NCBI GenBank assembly: GCA_963664815.2
Contig: CAXXHB010000003.1
Span: 2,976,001-3,040,000 of the forward strand
Source: Spirochaetota bacterium
GTDB taxonomy: Bacteria; Spirochaetota; UBA4802; UBA5550
DNA: 64,000 bases
Direction of reading: 5' to 3'
Every line of letters begins with the position of its first letter. Within the stretch, counting starts at the first letter, position 1. The translations under genes were made by a program, and so were the position numbers. Under the pieces are notes generated by a model. That model made no database searches, had not been told where the DNA came from, and saw only the letters and a program-made list of their open reading frames with translations. Shown piece after piece: positions 1 through 10,371 of the stretch.

Positions 1-1119
1 GACATTTTCTATTACATAATCAGTTTCCATTTCAGTCATTTCAGGATATATCGGCAATGAAATCTCCCTTGGAAACATATCCTCACATCCCGGGAAATCT
101 TTTTCGGTATACCCGGAGTTTTTTAAAGCGGAAAACCTGTACAAAGGTATATAATGTACACTGGTATTTATACCCCGATTTTTCAAATCAGAAATAAACT
201 CATTTCTGCTGATTCTGATTGCTTCAAGCTGTAATCTTATGGGGTAAAGATGCCATGCGCATTCTTTCGCATCTCTTACCCCCCAGAGATCAACAGATCC
301 CGAACCGCTGAATGAGCGGTTGTATTTTTGTGCTATCCCATACCTTGCCAGGTTCATCTTATCTATTTTTTTCAGCTGTTCAATACCAATGGCTGATGCT
401 ATATCAGTTATATTATATTTATACCCAGGCTCGGAGACATCGTATTCCCACGAGCCTTTATCTGAATACCTGTTCCATGCATCTTTTGTAATACCATGAA
501 GCCTGAGCCTTTTCATCCTCTCTGCCCATTCCATGTTATCAGTGGTAATCATCCCCCCTTCACCTGTAGTGATGGTTTTTGTCACATAAAAGCTGAAACA
601 TGTAATATCACCAATTGTTCCGATCATTTTACCCTTATAGAAAGTCGGCAGAGCGTGCGCAGCATCTTCTATTACAGAGAGATTATGTCTCTGCGCAATA
701 TCCATAACAGCATCCATATCACAGGATTCCCCGCCATAATGAACCGGAATTATCGCTTTTGTTTTCGAAGTAATTTTTTTCTCTATATCATAAACATCAA
801 TAAGAAAGTTATCTTTATTAATATCACAGAGCACAGGAACAGCACCGAAATATGTTATAACCTCCCAGGTCGCAATAAATGTCATGGCAGGAATAATAAT
901 CTCATCTCCCTCTTTTATATCAATAGCTTTAAGCGCCAGATGGATCGCAGCCGTACATGAGTTAACCGCAATTGAAAATGCAGACCCGGTATAATCCGAA
1001 AAAGCGCGTTCAAACTCAAATGTCTTCTCACCCATAGTAAGCCAGCCGCTGCGTATAACTTCAGATACAGCATTTATCTCTTCACTGCCGAGCTCAGCTT
1101 TATGGAAAGGTATTTTCAT
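1..1119 (-). CDS. DegT/DnrJ/EryC1/StrS family PLP sugar aminotransferase (partial, 3' end runs off window; absent from ORF track)
   Basis: Manual translation from ATG at 1119: MKIPFHKAELGSEEINAVSEVIRSGWLTMG...GDITCFSFYVTKTITTGEGGMI...GYKYNITD...EISLPIYP; PLP lysine present. Confidence 0.92.
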   Translation of the reverse strand, partial: MKIPFHKAELGSEEINAVSEVIRSGWLTMGEKTFEFERAFSDYTGSAFSIAVNSCTAAIHLALKAIDIKEGDEIIIPAMTFIATWEVITYFGAVPVLCDINKDNFLIDVYDIEKKITSKTKAIIPVHYGGESCDMDAVMDIAQRHNLSVIEDAAHALPTFYKGKMIGTIGDITCFSFYVTKTITTGEGGMITTDNMEWAERMKRLRLHGITKDAWNRYSDKGSWEYDVSEPGYKYNITDIASAIGIEQLKKIDKMNLARYGIAQKYNRSFSGSGSVDLWGVRDAKECAWHLYPIRLQLEAIRISRNEFISDLKNRGINTSVHYIPLYRFSALKNSGYTEKDFPGCEDMFPREISLPIYPEMTEMETDYVIENV

Positions 1120-1178
1120 ATGGTTTTCTCTGATATTTATTATTCTTATCGTCAGATATTCAAATTTAATTACAGCAT

Positions 1179-2249
1179 TCATCTGTTAAGATAATTTTTT
1201 TCCATCCATTTTCTGTAATCACCGCTCCTTATATGATCAATCCATTCATCATTGGACAAATACCATTCAATTGTCATATCAAGTCCGCTGTCAAAATTAA
1301 AACTCTGCTTCCAGGCAAGTTCATTCTTGATTTTATCGCAGTTAATTGCATAGCGCCTGTCATGACCAGGCCTGTCCTTAACAAAAGAGATAAGATTTTT
1401 ATAATGTTCTTTATCTTTACCGTCACGGATTGCCATCTTTTCACAAAGAACATTTACAAGCTTAATATTCTCCCACTCATTCTCACCGCCGATATTGTAT
1501 GTTTCACCAGCTCTCCCTTTGCTGATTACAGTCCACACTGCGCTGTTATGATCGTCCACATAAAGCCAGTCCCTTATATTTTTACCGTCGCCATACACAG
1601 GGAGTGGTTTCCCGTCCCTTATATTAAATATTATCACAGGAATAAGCTTTTCAGGAAACTGATATGGTCCGTAATTATTGGAACAGTTTGTCATCGTAAC
1701 GGGCAACCCGTAAGTATGGTTATACGCCATAACAATATGGTCAGACGATGCCTTTGATGCAGAGTATGGGCTTCTGGGATCATAGGGTGTAGTTTCCATG
1801 AAGTATCCCGTTTCACCAAGCGAACCATAAACCTCATCAGTACTGATATGATGAAAAAGAACGTCATTCCTGCCGTTCCAGAATTTTCTGGAACATTCGA
1901 GCAGACTGAAAGTTCCCATTATATTGGTGTTCATAAATTCAGCAGGCCCATGGATTGACCTGTCTACATGTGATTCTGCCGCAAAATGAACAACAGTATC
2001 AATCTCATATTTCGAAAATAAATCTTCCAGCATCACGGCATCACAGATATCCCCATGCTGGAAAAAATATTTCTTGCCGCCAAACTTCAATTCGATGTCA
2101 GCAAGATTTTCCCTGTTTCCTGCATAGGTCAGTTTATCCAGATTAATAATCCGGCCGGTAAAATCTGTTCTGTTAAACACATAACGTATGAAATTTGAAC
2201 CGATAAAACCTGAACCGCCGGTTACCAGTATGTTGTCGAGTTGTCTCAT
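1179..2249 (-). CDS. rfbB: dTDP-glucose 4,6-dehydratase
   Basis: GGSGFIG, HFAAESHVDRSI, STDEVYG, YSASK, DRPGHDRRYA; ATG at 2249 with AGAGGA RBS. Confidence 0.96.
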   Translation of the reverse strand: MRQLDNILVTGGSGFIGSNFIRYVFNRTDFTGRIINLDKLTYAGNRENLADIELKFGGKKYFFQHGDICDAVMLEDLFSKYEIDTVVHFAAESHVDRSIHGPAEFMNTNIMGTFSLLECSRKFWNGRNDVLFHHISTDEVYGSLGETGYFMETTPYDPRSPYSASKASSDHIVMAYNHTYGLPVTMTNCSNNYGPYQFPEKLIPVIIFNIRDGKPLPVYGDGKNIRDWLYVDDHNSAVWTVISKGRAGETYNIGGENEWENIKLVNVLCEKMAIRDGKDKEHYKNLISFVKDRPGHDRRYAINCDKIKNELAWKQSFNFDSGLDMTIEWYLSNDEWIDHIRSGDYRKWMEKNYLNR

Positions 2250-2283
2250 TTTTCTATCCTCTGTCAATAATGCCGGTTAATAT

Positions 2284-3414
2284 TTAGATGTCATAAAACT
2301 CAAATATAGAATCGGTCACTCTTTTTATCGATTCTTCATCAATTCCATACCATAGAGGAAGACGCAATATTCTTTCGCTCTCAAGGGTTGTCCAGGTATC
2401 ATTTCCATAAAATATTCCGAATTTTTTACCGGCAATTGATGAATGAAGGGGTATATAATGAAAAACAGCGCTTATCTCTCTCGCTTTCAAAAAACTTATC
2501 AGAGCTGATCTCTCCTCAAGATCTCTGGCTTTAATATAGAAGAGATGCCCGTTATGTGTACAATTTTCAGGAACGAAAGGGAGAGATATCTTGCCGCTCT
2601 TCTCAAGCTCCTGCAACCGTAAATTATAAATATCCCATGATTTTATTCTGTCAGCAATAATAATCTCCGCCATCTGAAGCTGGGCATAAAGGAAAGCGGC
2701 ATTAAGTTCAGACGGGAGGTAAGATGATCCCATTTCGACCCATCCATATTTGTCGATCTCCCCCCTGAAAAACCGCGATCTGTTTGTCCCTTTTTCCCTT
2801 AATATTTCGGCATTTTCACTATATACGGAATCATTTATAAGCAGCGCCCCACCCTCTCCGCACTGAATATTCTTTGTTTCATGGAAACTGAACGATCCCA
2901 GATCACCGATTGTACCCGCCTGTTTCCCTTCATATTCCGACAATATCGCCTGGGCGGCATCTTCAACCACCAGCAGGTTATATTTATCCGCAAGCGACAT
3001 AATTTTATTCATTTCACAGGAGACACCTGCATAATGAACCGGAACAATCACTTTTGTTTTTTCTGTTATCGCTTCCTCTATTTTGTTTTCATCAATATTC
3101 ATAGTGTCGGGACGTATATCAACAAATACAAGTTTAGCCCCTCTCATAACGAATGCATTTGCAGTTGAAGTAAAAGTAAATGAGGGGAGAATAACCTCGT
3201 CACCATATTTTATATTAAACAGTATAGCAGACATTTCAAGAGCATGGGTACATGATGTTGTAAGCAATACCCCACTGCACCCGATATTTTCCATGAACCA
3301 TTTATTACAGAGGCTGGTATAATATCCGTCGCCGGAAAACTTATCTTTCATTATCACAGATTCCAGGTTGCGGATTTCGTTTCCTGTAACTGCCGGTTTA
3401 TTAAATGGAATCAT
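2284..3414 (-). CDS. wecE: dTDP-4-amino-4,6-dideoxygalactose transaminase
   Basis: MIPFNKP, TTSCTHALEM, FSFHETKNIQCGEGG, REKGTNRSRFFRGEIDKY typical of WecE/RffA. Confidence 0.88.
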   Translation of the reverse strand: MIPFNKPAVTGNEIRNLESVIMKDKFSGDGYYTSLCNKWFMENIGCSGVLLTTSCTHALEMSAILFNIKYGDEVILPSFTFTSTANAFVMRGAKLVFVDIRPDTMNIDENKIEEAITEKTKVIVPVHYAGVSCEMNKIMSLADKYNLLVVEDAAQAILSEYEGKQAGTIGDLGSFSFHETKNIQCGEGGALLINDSVYSENAEILREKGTNRSRFFRGEIDKYGWVEMGSSYLPSELNAAFLYAQLQMAEIIIADRIKSWDIYNLRLQELEKSGKISLPFVPENCTHNGHLFYIKARDLEERSALISFLKAREISAVFHYIPLHSSIAGKKFGIFYGNDTWTTLESERILRLPLWYGIDEESIKRVTDSIFEFYDI

Positions 3415-3415
3415 G

Positions 3416-3829
3416 CTACTCCTCATTTTTATTCAATTTTTGGGTATTGTTGAAAACGTAATACTTCAGTAAAAAGTACAAAACAACAGGAACATACATA
3501 AGTGCAATAATCTGGCCTATGTAAGGATGTATTTTCCAGATATCACAAAACAGGACAAGAGAATAATAGTTCAATACAAATGACAGAATATAAACAGCTA
3601 TAAACCTTATTATCCTTCTGTTATTTCCGGAATTAAATACAAGTATTGAATATGACTTAAAATTAAAAATAATCCCCAGCATATAATCGAATATAAGGGC
3701 AACTGTTTTATCTTTAAAAACCCAGTAAAAAAACACATAGACCAGATATCCGAATAAGGTATTAAGCGCCCCGGTAAACAGAAATCTTATGAATTCAATA
3801 TCAAATATTTTTTTTATTAATACCCGCAC
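3416..3829 (-). CDS. GtrA family polyprenyl-phosphate-sugar flippase
   Basis: 137 aa, four hydrophobic segments, FIRFLFTGALNT start, follows a GT2. Confidence 0.85.
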   Translation of the reverse strand: MRVLIKKIFDIEFIRFLFTGALNTLFGYLVYVFFYWVFKDKTVALIFDYMLGIIFNFKSYSILVFNSGNNRRIIRFIAVYILSFVLNYYSLVLFCDIWKIHPYIGQIIALMYVPVVLYFLLKYYVFNNTQKLNKNEE

Positions 3830-4739
3830 CAGTCTTTTCCCTTACTATAAATTGTGGAAGATGATTTATATTCAGATATGCCTTGCCTAAATATTCTCCG
3901 ATAACTCCCAGTGAAAGAAGAATTAATCCTCCAATAAAGAGAACAAGGACAACAAGGGTTGTCCACCCGGCTACTGCCTCTGGTTTAACAAAATGCTCTA
4001 TTATATAATATATTCCAAGGGAAAAACCTATTATTGAAAAGAAAATTCCGGCCATTGATGCCATCCTCAACGGTTTCTCGGAAAAATTGACTGCAAGTTT
4101 CATAAATACCTTTATTGATTTTAAAAGATTATAATTGGTCTTCCCTTTGAACCGTTTATGATGTTCAATTTCAATCTGTGTAATGCTGTCTGTAACCTGG
4201 AAGAGCAGACCGTCAACATAGGGATATGGACCTTTATATTTAATAATCTCTTTAACAACATCAATGCTGATAATTTTATATGGTGAGAGATAAATATCAG
4301 CAGGCTTATTTATAAGAAGCTCTGCAAGCTTGCCATTAAGCCAGCTTCCGAAATTTTTCCATAGTGCCTGATTCTTTTTTTTAAAATTTGCATAACATAG
4401 ATCATAACCCCTGCGGATCTCTTCATACAGTTTTAAAATATCGGAGGGATCGTGCTGGAGATCATCATCCATTATAACAACATATTCCCCTGAAGCATTG
4501 TTCAGTCCGGCCATAATCGCGTTATCCTGACCGAAATTTTTTCTGAGATTTATTCCAGTTACATTTTTATTGGTTTCAGATACTCTCCTGATCTCTGACC
4601 AGCTTTTATCCCTGCTGCCGTCATTAATCATTATCTGCTCATAGGATAAACCTTTTAACGATTGCTGAATTCTATCGGACAATTCGGCAACACACTCGTC
4701 ACTGTTATAAACCGGTATTATAACGCTTATTTTTTTCAT
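3801..4739 (-). CDS. ArnC/GtrB-like GT2 polyprenyl-phosphate glycosyltransferase
   Basis: ISVIIPVYN, NDGSRD, RKNFGQDNAIMAG, MDDDLQH, two C-terminal TM helices ending GVIGEYLG. Confidence 0.9.
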   Translation of the reverse strand: MKKISVIIPVYNSDECVAELSDRIQQSLKGLSYEQIMINDGSRDKSWSEIRRVSETNKNVTGINLRKNFGQDNAIMAGLNNASGEYVVIMDDDLQHDPSDILKLYEEIRRGYDLCYANFKKKNQALWKNFGSWLNGKLAELLINKPADIYLSPYKIISIDVVKEIIKYKGPYPYVDGLLFQVTDSITQIEIEHHKRFKGKTNYNLLKSIKVFMKLAVNFSEKPLRMASMAGIFFSIIGFSLGIYYIIEHFVKPEAVAGWTTLVVLVLFIGGLILLSLGVIGEYLGKAYLNINHLPQFIVREKTGAGINKKNI

Positions 4740-4785
4740 AAATCCTTTCCTCATTTGCACATCCGATAATTATATTGTAGTTTTT

Positions 4786-4992
4786 AGATTTCTCAGCCGC
4801 AAACATTTCAGATATGTAATAACTCCATCTGCTACTCCATCGAAATGACAGGTTTATATCTCCACTGTCATTTCTAAAGTATGTGAGTGCTTCGACTCCG
4901 CTCAGCAACCGTTTATAACGGTCAGTGAGCCTGCCGAACTGTTCAGTCGCTATCGCTTCTTCGAAATGCGATGTATTGAGCCTGTCGGAATA
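4786..4992. repeat. Cluster of degenerate REP-like palindromes
   Basis: Perfect IR GAAATGACAG(4842-4851)/CTGTCATTTC(4865-4874); imperfect IR TTCGACTCCGCTCAGCAACCGTT...AACGGTCAGTGAGCCTGCCGAA (4891-4939); TGAGCCTGTCGGAA repeated at about 4977. Confidence 0.65.
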
Positions 4993-5063
4993 ATTGACAA
5001 TTTTCTATTTCAATCGGGAAATGCTGTAAACTTTCAATTCTGAGTTTAATAAAATACTTCTCA

Positions 5064-6062
5064 TTACAGGAACTCCCTGACAGCAGAAATCACTTCATCT
5101 ACAGTAATACTTTTCATGCAATTATAGTTATTATCACATTTAATTCTGACTTTATTCCTGATACATGGAGAACAATTTAAATTTTTATAAATTGTCTTAT
5201 AAACAAAGCCCTCCCCGTATGGCATCCGATCTTCAGGATTTACAGGTCCGAAGAGAGCAACTACAGGCGTCTTTAAACAGTAAGACATATGGAAATAGAA
5301 TGTATCCATTGACACGACAACAGATGCATTTTTAATAAGGTAAAGGAGCTCCTTAAAATTTGTCCTGTTTACAAGATCAACAACTTCCGGGAATTCATTA
5401 TGATTTTCATTAATTCCTGCAACAACAATATGTTTCCCTGTTATTTTTTTTAAAGAAAAAATAAGATCATTAAAATATGGCCATTGTCTCGGATCTTCTC
5501 CAAGATACTGAGCATATATATCCAGAAGGATATAATTTTTCTCTTTCAGATTAAATTTTGTCAGCAGGTCGCATGTATAATCAAAATCAACTGAGTAGTC
5601 TCTTATGACAGGAATTTTAAGATAATCGAGGATTTTAGCCACTTCAAAAAATTTATGTATATTTTCCCTGTTATAAATCTTTCTTTTTGCAGGGAGCATA
5701 AAGTATAACAGATTTCGCAGCGGATTAGGGTGGGTTATAATAAAAAGATCATATTTTTCCGTTTTAAACAGCGTATAGAGTTTATGAAAATTCAGTCGGA
5801 AAAATTTAATAAGCCCTTTTAAAGTAAAATCCATTTCAAAAACTTTGACAGAATCTATATTTTTGTTGTAAGAGAGGAGATTTCCGGAAGCAGTATTAAA
5901 TGTCATAACAGTTATATTCATATCCCTGTTGTATGCTTTAAGAGAGGCTAAAAGGGGGAAGCACATAATCTGATCACCCAGCCCTTGTGGAAGATCAATG
6001 AACACTTTGTTTATATCCCCAGGTTCCCATTTAACCCTGAGTTTCTTTTTTAAATTAATCAT
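5064..6062 (-). CDS. GT9 heptosyltransferase-like glycosyltransferase
   Basis: GLGDQIM, VSMDTFYFH, VALFGP, C-terminal CSPC...C...CM; next to heptose genes. Confidence 0.85.
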   Translation of the reverse strand: MINLKKKLRVKWEPGDINKVFIDLPQGLGDQIMCFPLLASLKAYNRDMNITVMTFNTASGNLLSYNKNIDSVKVFEMDFTLKGLIKFFRLNFHKLYTLFKTEKYDLFIITHPNPLRNLLYFMLPAKRKIYNRENIHKFFEVAKILDYLKIPVIRDYSVDFDYTCDLLTKFNLKEKNYILLDIYAQYLGEDPRQWPYFNDLIFSLKKITGKHIVVAGINENHNEFPEVVDLVNRTNFKELLYLIKNASVVVSMDTFYFHMSYCLKTPVVALFGPVNPEDRMPYGEGFVYKTIYKNLNCSPCIRNKVRIKCDNNYNCMKSITVDEVISAVREFL

Positions 6063-6603
6063 TTATCAGATACCCTGCAAAATCTATTAGTGACGGGAAT
6101 GTAATATCAGCCATGCTGTTTGATTGTAATGATTCGGAGATAAAAACATTATTAAGAGATCTGCTGCGCCCCAACTCCATATCCGAATCGGAGTCTCCCA
6201 CCATAATGGATCTGCTGAAATCGATTCCGGGAAAGTCACTCTTTGCCTGCAGCAGCATCCCTGGCCGGGGTTTTCTGCAATTGCAATTATCACCCCTGTC
6301 ATGAGGGCAGTGATAGATCCCGTCAATCCTTCCACCGTTCCTTATAATTTCTTTAATCATATATTCATGAACCGATGCAAGATCATCAACGCTCATTACC
6401 CCCAAAGCAATACCGCGCTGGTTTGTCACTATAAATATTCTTTTAAACATCCGGTTGAATATATTCAGCGAATCAAGCACTCCATCGATAAAAACAAACT
6501 CATCAATGGTCTTCACGTAATCGTCAACTATTCTTTTATTTATAACCCCATCCCGGTCGAGAAAGAGAGTCCATGATGTGTCTATATTAAAAATCTTTTT
6601 CAT
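6055..6603 (-). CDS. gmhB: D-glycero-D-manno-heptose 1,7-bisphosphate phosphatase (HAD IIIA)
   Basis: FLDRDGVIN, VTNQRG, CPH...CNCRKPRPGM, MVGDSDSD. Confidence 0.9.
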   Translation of the reverse strand: MKKIFNIDTSWTLFLDRDGVINKRIVDDYVKTIDEFVFIDGVLDSLNIFNRMFKRIFIVTNQRGIALGVMSVDDLASVHEYMIKEIIRNGGRIDGIYHCPHDRGDNCNCRKPRPGMLLQAKSDFPGIDFSRSIMVGDSDSDMELGRSRSLNNVFISESLQSNSMADITFPSLIDFAGYLIND

Positions 6604-6608
6604 TCAGT

Positions 6609-8015
6609 TTAAGATCGCAGTCTGTTTATTATTCTTGATGTAGAGTAACCCTCAACAAAATCGATGAGCACAACTTCACCGGCATATTCCCCTCCTACAA
6701 CATTCTCAACTGAATAATCTGCACCCTTAACAAGGTAATCCGGCCTTACTTTCTCAATCAGAGAAAGCGGGGTATCTTCATCAAATTTAATTATATAGTC
6801 AATGGATGCAAGCCCTGATAAAACAGCCGCACGGTCATTCTCTTTATTCACAGGGCGGTCTTCCCCTTTAATTCTCTTAACTGAATTATCCGTATTCAAA
6901 CCCAGAATAAGAATATCCCCCAGCTCCTTTGCTTTTTCAAGGTATTTGACATGCCCAATGTGAAGAATATCAAAGCAGCCGTTTGTAAAAACAATACTCT
7001 TCTTCTCTGATCTGAGACTCTCAAGCAATCCGGGTAAATCGTCATACCCGATAATTTTGTTATAAGAGATGTGCAGATCCCTGAAAAGATCAGCCTTCCT
7101 GATAGGAACCGTGCCAAGCTTCCCTACAACAATTCCTGCAGCCATATTGGCAAACTCCACAGAATCACGTAATTTATACCCCGAGGCAATCCCTGCAGCG
7201 AGCGCTGCAATGACTGTATCCCCTGCCCCGGAAACATCATAGACCTCTTTGGCAAATGTGGGGAAATGCTCAACCTGCTTTCCATCAAAAAGTGTCATAC
7301 CCTTCTCGGAACGCGTGATAAGCAGGTTTTTAAAACCTGACCCGGAAAATACAGCAGGGATAGATTTTTCAACTGAGGAATCTTCATTGGGAATGTTATC
7401 ACCGAGAAATTCATTCAGCTCCTTCATATTCGGAGTCACAAGCTCAGCTCCGCTGTATTTTTTCCACTCCTTCCCCTTGGGATCAATAACAACCGGTATA
7501 TTCCTTTTATTTGCCTCGGATATTATAAACCGGCATAACTCCTCTTCGCAGACCCCCTTGTTATAATCGGAGATTACAACAACATTATAATCATCAATAC
7601 AACTTACAACTGCATCCTTAATCCCCTTTTTTGTCTCTTCCGGCAAAGGCCCGGGCTCTTCGTAATCAAGTCTCATCATCTGCTGTCTGTTGCCGACAAC
7701 TCTCACTTTCGTGATTGTCGGAGTGTTTACTTTAAAAAGCAGATGCTTTATGGAATTACGATTTAATACTTCCGCAAGCTGTTCTCCGTTATAATCATTA
7801 CCCGCGATACCGATCAGCATAACTCCCGCTTCAAGTGAGACAATATTATTCGCAACGTTAGCAGCTCCGCCAGGGGCCAGAGTTGTATTTTTTATTCTGA
7901 CAATCGGTACAGGGGCTTCGGGAGAAATTCTGTCAACACTGCCCCACAGGTACTGATCAAGGATAATATCCCCGACTACAAGAACCGATATATCCGAAAA
8001 ATTAAATTTTTCCAT
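6609..8015 (-). CDS. hldE: Bifunctional heptose-7-P kinase / heptose-1-P adenylyltransferase
   Basis: [17 protein letters not shown] (PfkB domain), [13 protein letters not shown] (nucleotidyltransferase); ATG at 8015 preferred over ORF-track start. Confidence 0.95.
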   Translation of the reverse strand: MEKFNFSDISVLVVGDIILDQYLWGSVDRISPEAPVPIVRIKNTTLAPGGAANVANNIVSLEAGVMLIGIAGNDYNGEQLAEVLNRNSIKHLLFKVNTPTITKVRVVGNRQQMMRLDYEEPGPLPEETKKGIKDAVVSCIDDYNVVVISDYNKGVCEEELCRFIISEANKRNIPVVIDPKGKEWKKYSGAELVTPNMKELNEFLGDNIPNEDSSVEKSIPAVFSGSGFKNLLITRSEKGMTLFDGKQVEHFPTFAKEVYDVSGAGDTVIAALAAGIASGYKLRDSVEFANMAAGIVVGKLGTVPIRKADLFRDLHISYNKIIGYDDLPGLLESLRSEKKSIVFTNGCFDILHIGHVKYLEKAKELGDILILGLNTDNSVKRIKGEDRPVNKENDRAAVLSGLASIDYIIKFDEDTPLSLIEKVRPDYLVKGADYSVENVVGGEYAGEVVLIDFVEGYSTSRIINRLRS

Positions 8016-8583
8016 TTTCCACCAGTCCCTTTTCAAAGAGATCGCACAATATATGAATAATAAGAATATGGCCCTCCTGAACCCTTGCAGTTGTTTCCGA
8101 TGGGACAATCAGTTTATAATCTGAATAATTTTTTAAAATTCCGCCATCTCTCCCCAGGAGCGCAACAGTTTCACATCCCCTCTTTTTCGCTTCTGTAAAA
8201 CCCTCCATAACATTACGGCTGTTACCGGAGGTTGACAACCCCATTACAACATCACCCTCAACCCCCAGCGATTCAATCTGCCTGGAGAATATCCTGTCAA
8301 AGGAGTAGTCATTCCCTATTGATGTTATTATAGAGGTATCTGTAGTCAGCGCAATGGCGGGATAACCGCTTCTTTCAATTTTATACCTGCCTACAACTTC
8401 TGCTGCAAAATGCTGCGAATCGGCAGCGCTTCCTCCATTCCCCATTATTAAAAGTTTATTCCCGTTAAACAGAGCTTTATTTATTACAGCAGATATTTCA
8501 TTTATTATATCTTTCATTGAATCAATTTTTCTGACAACATCTATATGTTCTTTTAAAATTTCATCTATCATAGCATCCGCCAT
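8002..8583 (-). CDS. gmhA: Phosphoheptose (sedoheptulose-7-P) isomerase
   Basis: [33 protein letters not shown]. Confidence 0.96.
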   Translation of the reverse strand: MADAMIDEILKEHIDVVRKIDSMKDIINEISAVINKALFNGNKLLIMGNGGSAADSQHFAAEVVGRYKIERSGYPAIALTTDTSIITSIGNDYSFDRIFSRQIESLGVEGDVVMGLSTSGNSRNVMEGFTEAKKRGCETVALLGRDGGILKNYSDYKLIVPSETTARVQEGHILIIHILCDLFEKGLVENGKI

Positions 8584-8834
8584 TTATTCTAAAAATTTAA
8601 CATTAATTGCTGTGACTCTCTTTTATAAAGACTCAGTGAGAACAACCCTTTAATAGTCACTACCGGATGTGTCAAACCGGATTTTTAATGAAATCCATTT
8701 GAAATTCATTATTTTTTTGGCGATAAAGTAAAGAAAAAAATAAATCCGGTTCCTTGAATTTGTATTTATAATTAGGGTCGTCAACTATCTGATAATTGTT
8801 TATTTTAACCAAGGTGCATTTCCATGAGGATAAA

Positions 8835-8863
8835 TTGTTGATCTTCAAAAAAGGTTGTATAAT
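8835..8863 (+). promoter_or_regulatory. Putative sigma70 promoter for the plus-strand wzx
   Basis: TTGTTG-N17-TATAAT about 70 bp upstream of ATG 8935. Confidence 0.45.
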
Positions 8864-8934
8864 ATCATATCATGAATTCAATGTGTAATAATTTTTCTGA
8901 TATCTCATTAATTTAAAACATATAAAGTAATAGA

Positions 8935-10353
8935 ATGGCAAATGTAAAAAAATCATTTTTTTTAAATTCCCTGTTTTTAATGACATCCACAATATTGGAA
9001 AAATCTTTCTTCTTCATTATAAATATAATAATTGCCCATTATTTAAGTAAAAATGAATTTGGAGAGTATTCCGCAGCATTAGCCTTCGGTACTTTCTTCT
9101 CAGTCTTTTCAAATATGGGGATAGGCACATCTTCAATCAGAGCAATCAATTACTATAAAGATGATATAAACGAAAATTATACAAATACAATAGTACTGAA
9201 ACTGATATTATCAATGCTGACATTTTTAATACTGATTATCGCAATTTTCACTACAAATTTTAACAGAAATACAATTATACTGGCTTTAATACTTGGTCTG
9301 GTCAGAATTATTAATGAGTTTCTCAATTCTATTAATCAGCTGTTTGAAGCCAGGTCAAGGTTTTTCATATCTTCAATTTACAATTCCCTCTTCGCATTTC
9401 TTTTTCTTGGGGGGACATATATAGTTATACTTTTCAAAGGGGACTATTTTGATCTGTCATACATCAGGCTGGCAACAATATCAGCAATTGCATCTGCAGC
9501 ATTTTTTCATACTTTAAAATTTTACAACTTGAAATTCAATTTCAGTAAATTTAAAAAATTTATTTTGGAGACTATACCCTTCTCCTATTCTGTAATATTA
9601 TCAAATGTTACAACAAATTTCACTCCCATTATACTGCCGGTAATGCATGGCACAATCTACTCAGGAATATACAATAATGCATATATTTTCTATATTTCTC
9701 TACTCTTTATACCGGGAAATCTGAGCAGAGTTTTGATGCCATATCTCTATCAGCATAAGTATAATGATGATAAAGAACTATTCAGATATGCTTATGAAAC
9801 TTACGCAAAAATATTTTCTATTATTTCTTTCTATTTTGCCATAGTATTTTTTATGTATTGCGGGCCTATTATAACACTGATATTCGGTACTAAATATTCC
9901 GATTCAATTGATCTGCTTCAGTTTTTCGCCTTTGCAATTCCATTCGCGTTTAATGTTGCAGGATATATTATAAGTTCTCTTAATAAACAGATTATCAATT
10001 CCAAGATAGATATGGTTGTTTCTGTAATAAGTATAATATCTTCATTAATCCTGATTAGATTTTATAAAGCAGAGGGTGCCGTTCTTTCTGTAGTTATTGC
10101 ATCATTTATTTCATATCTATTATCAAACGGATATCTTGTTAAAAACAGTTATATTGATTATAAAAGAACCTGGAGAGTACGGTTAACTCTGCTGACAATT
10201 TCATTGATCTGTTACGGGATTAAAATTTCCCTCTCCGGTTATCACCGGCATGTTCTGTCGATGCTGTTTGTATCTTTGATTTATTGTTTTATGGTCTGGA
10301 TACTGCTGGTTAATAAAAACGATATAAAACTGGTGAAGAATATTTTAAAATAA
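8935..10353 (+). CDS. Wzx-type oligosaccharide flippase
   Basis: 472 aa polytopic membrane protein, LSKNEFGEYS, GIYNNAY, LIFGTKYSDS MOP-family pattern. Confidence 0.88.
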   Translation: MANVKKSFFLNSLFLMTSTILEKSFFFIINIIIAHYLSKNEFGEYSAALAFGTFFSVFSNMGIGTSSIRAINYYKDDINENYTNTIVLKLILSMLTFLILIIAIFTTNFNRNTIILALILGLVRIINEFLNSINQLFEARSRFFISSIYNSLFAFLFLGGTYIVILFKGDYFDLSYIRLATISAIASAAFFHTLKFYNLKFNFSKFKKFILETIPFSYSVILSNVTTNFTPIILPVMHGTIYSGIYNNAYIFYISLLFIPGNLSRVLMPYLYQHKYNDDKELFRYAYETYAKIFSIISFYFAIVFFMYCGPIITLIFGTKYSDSIDLLQFFAFAIPFAFNVAGYIISSLNKQIINSKIDMVVSVISIISSLILIRFYKAEGAVLSVVIASFISYLLSNGYLVKNSYIDYKRTWRVRLTLLTISLICYGIKISLSGYHRHVLSMLFVSLIYCFMVWILLVNKNDIKLVKNILK

Positions 10354-10371
10354 CTATATTTTAATTGTGAA

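Noticed and set aside
496-960. 154-aa plus-strand ORF, and the many other short ORFs nested in or antisense to long genes
   Set aside because: Shadow frames of well-supported CDSs (here the DegT gene at 1-1119); no motifs
4705-4908. 67-aa minus-strand ORF starting MLSGVEA
   Set aside because: It is a translation of the REP-like palindrome and overlaps the GT2 start; no protein motif
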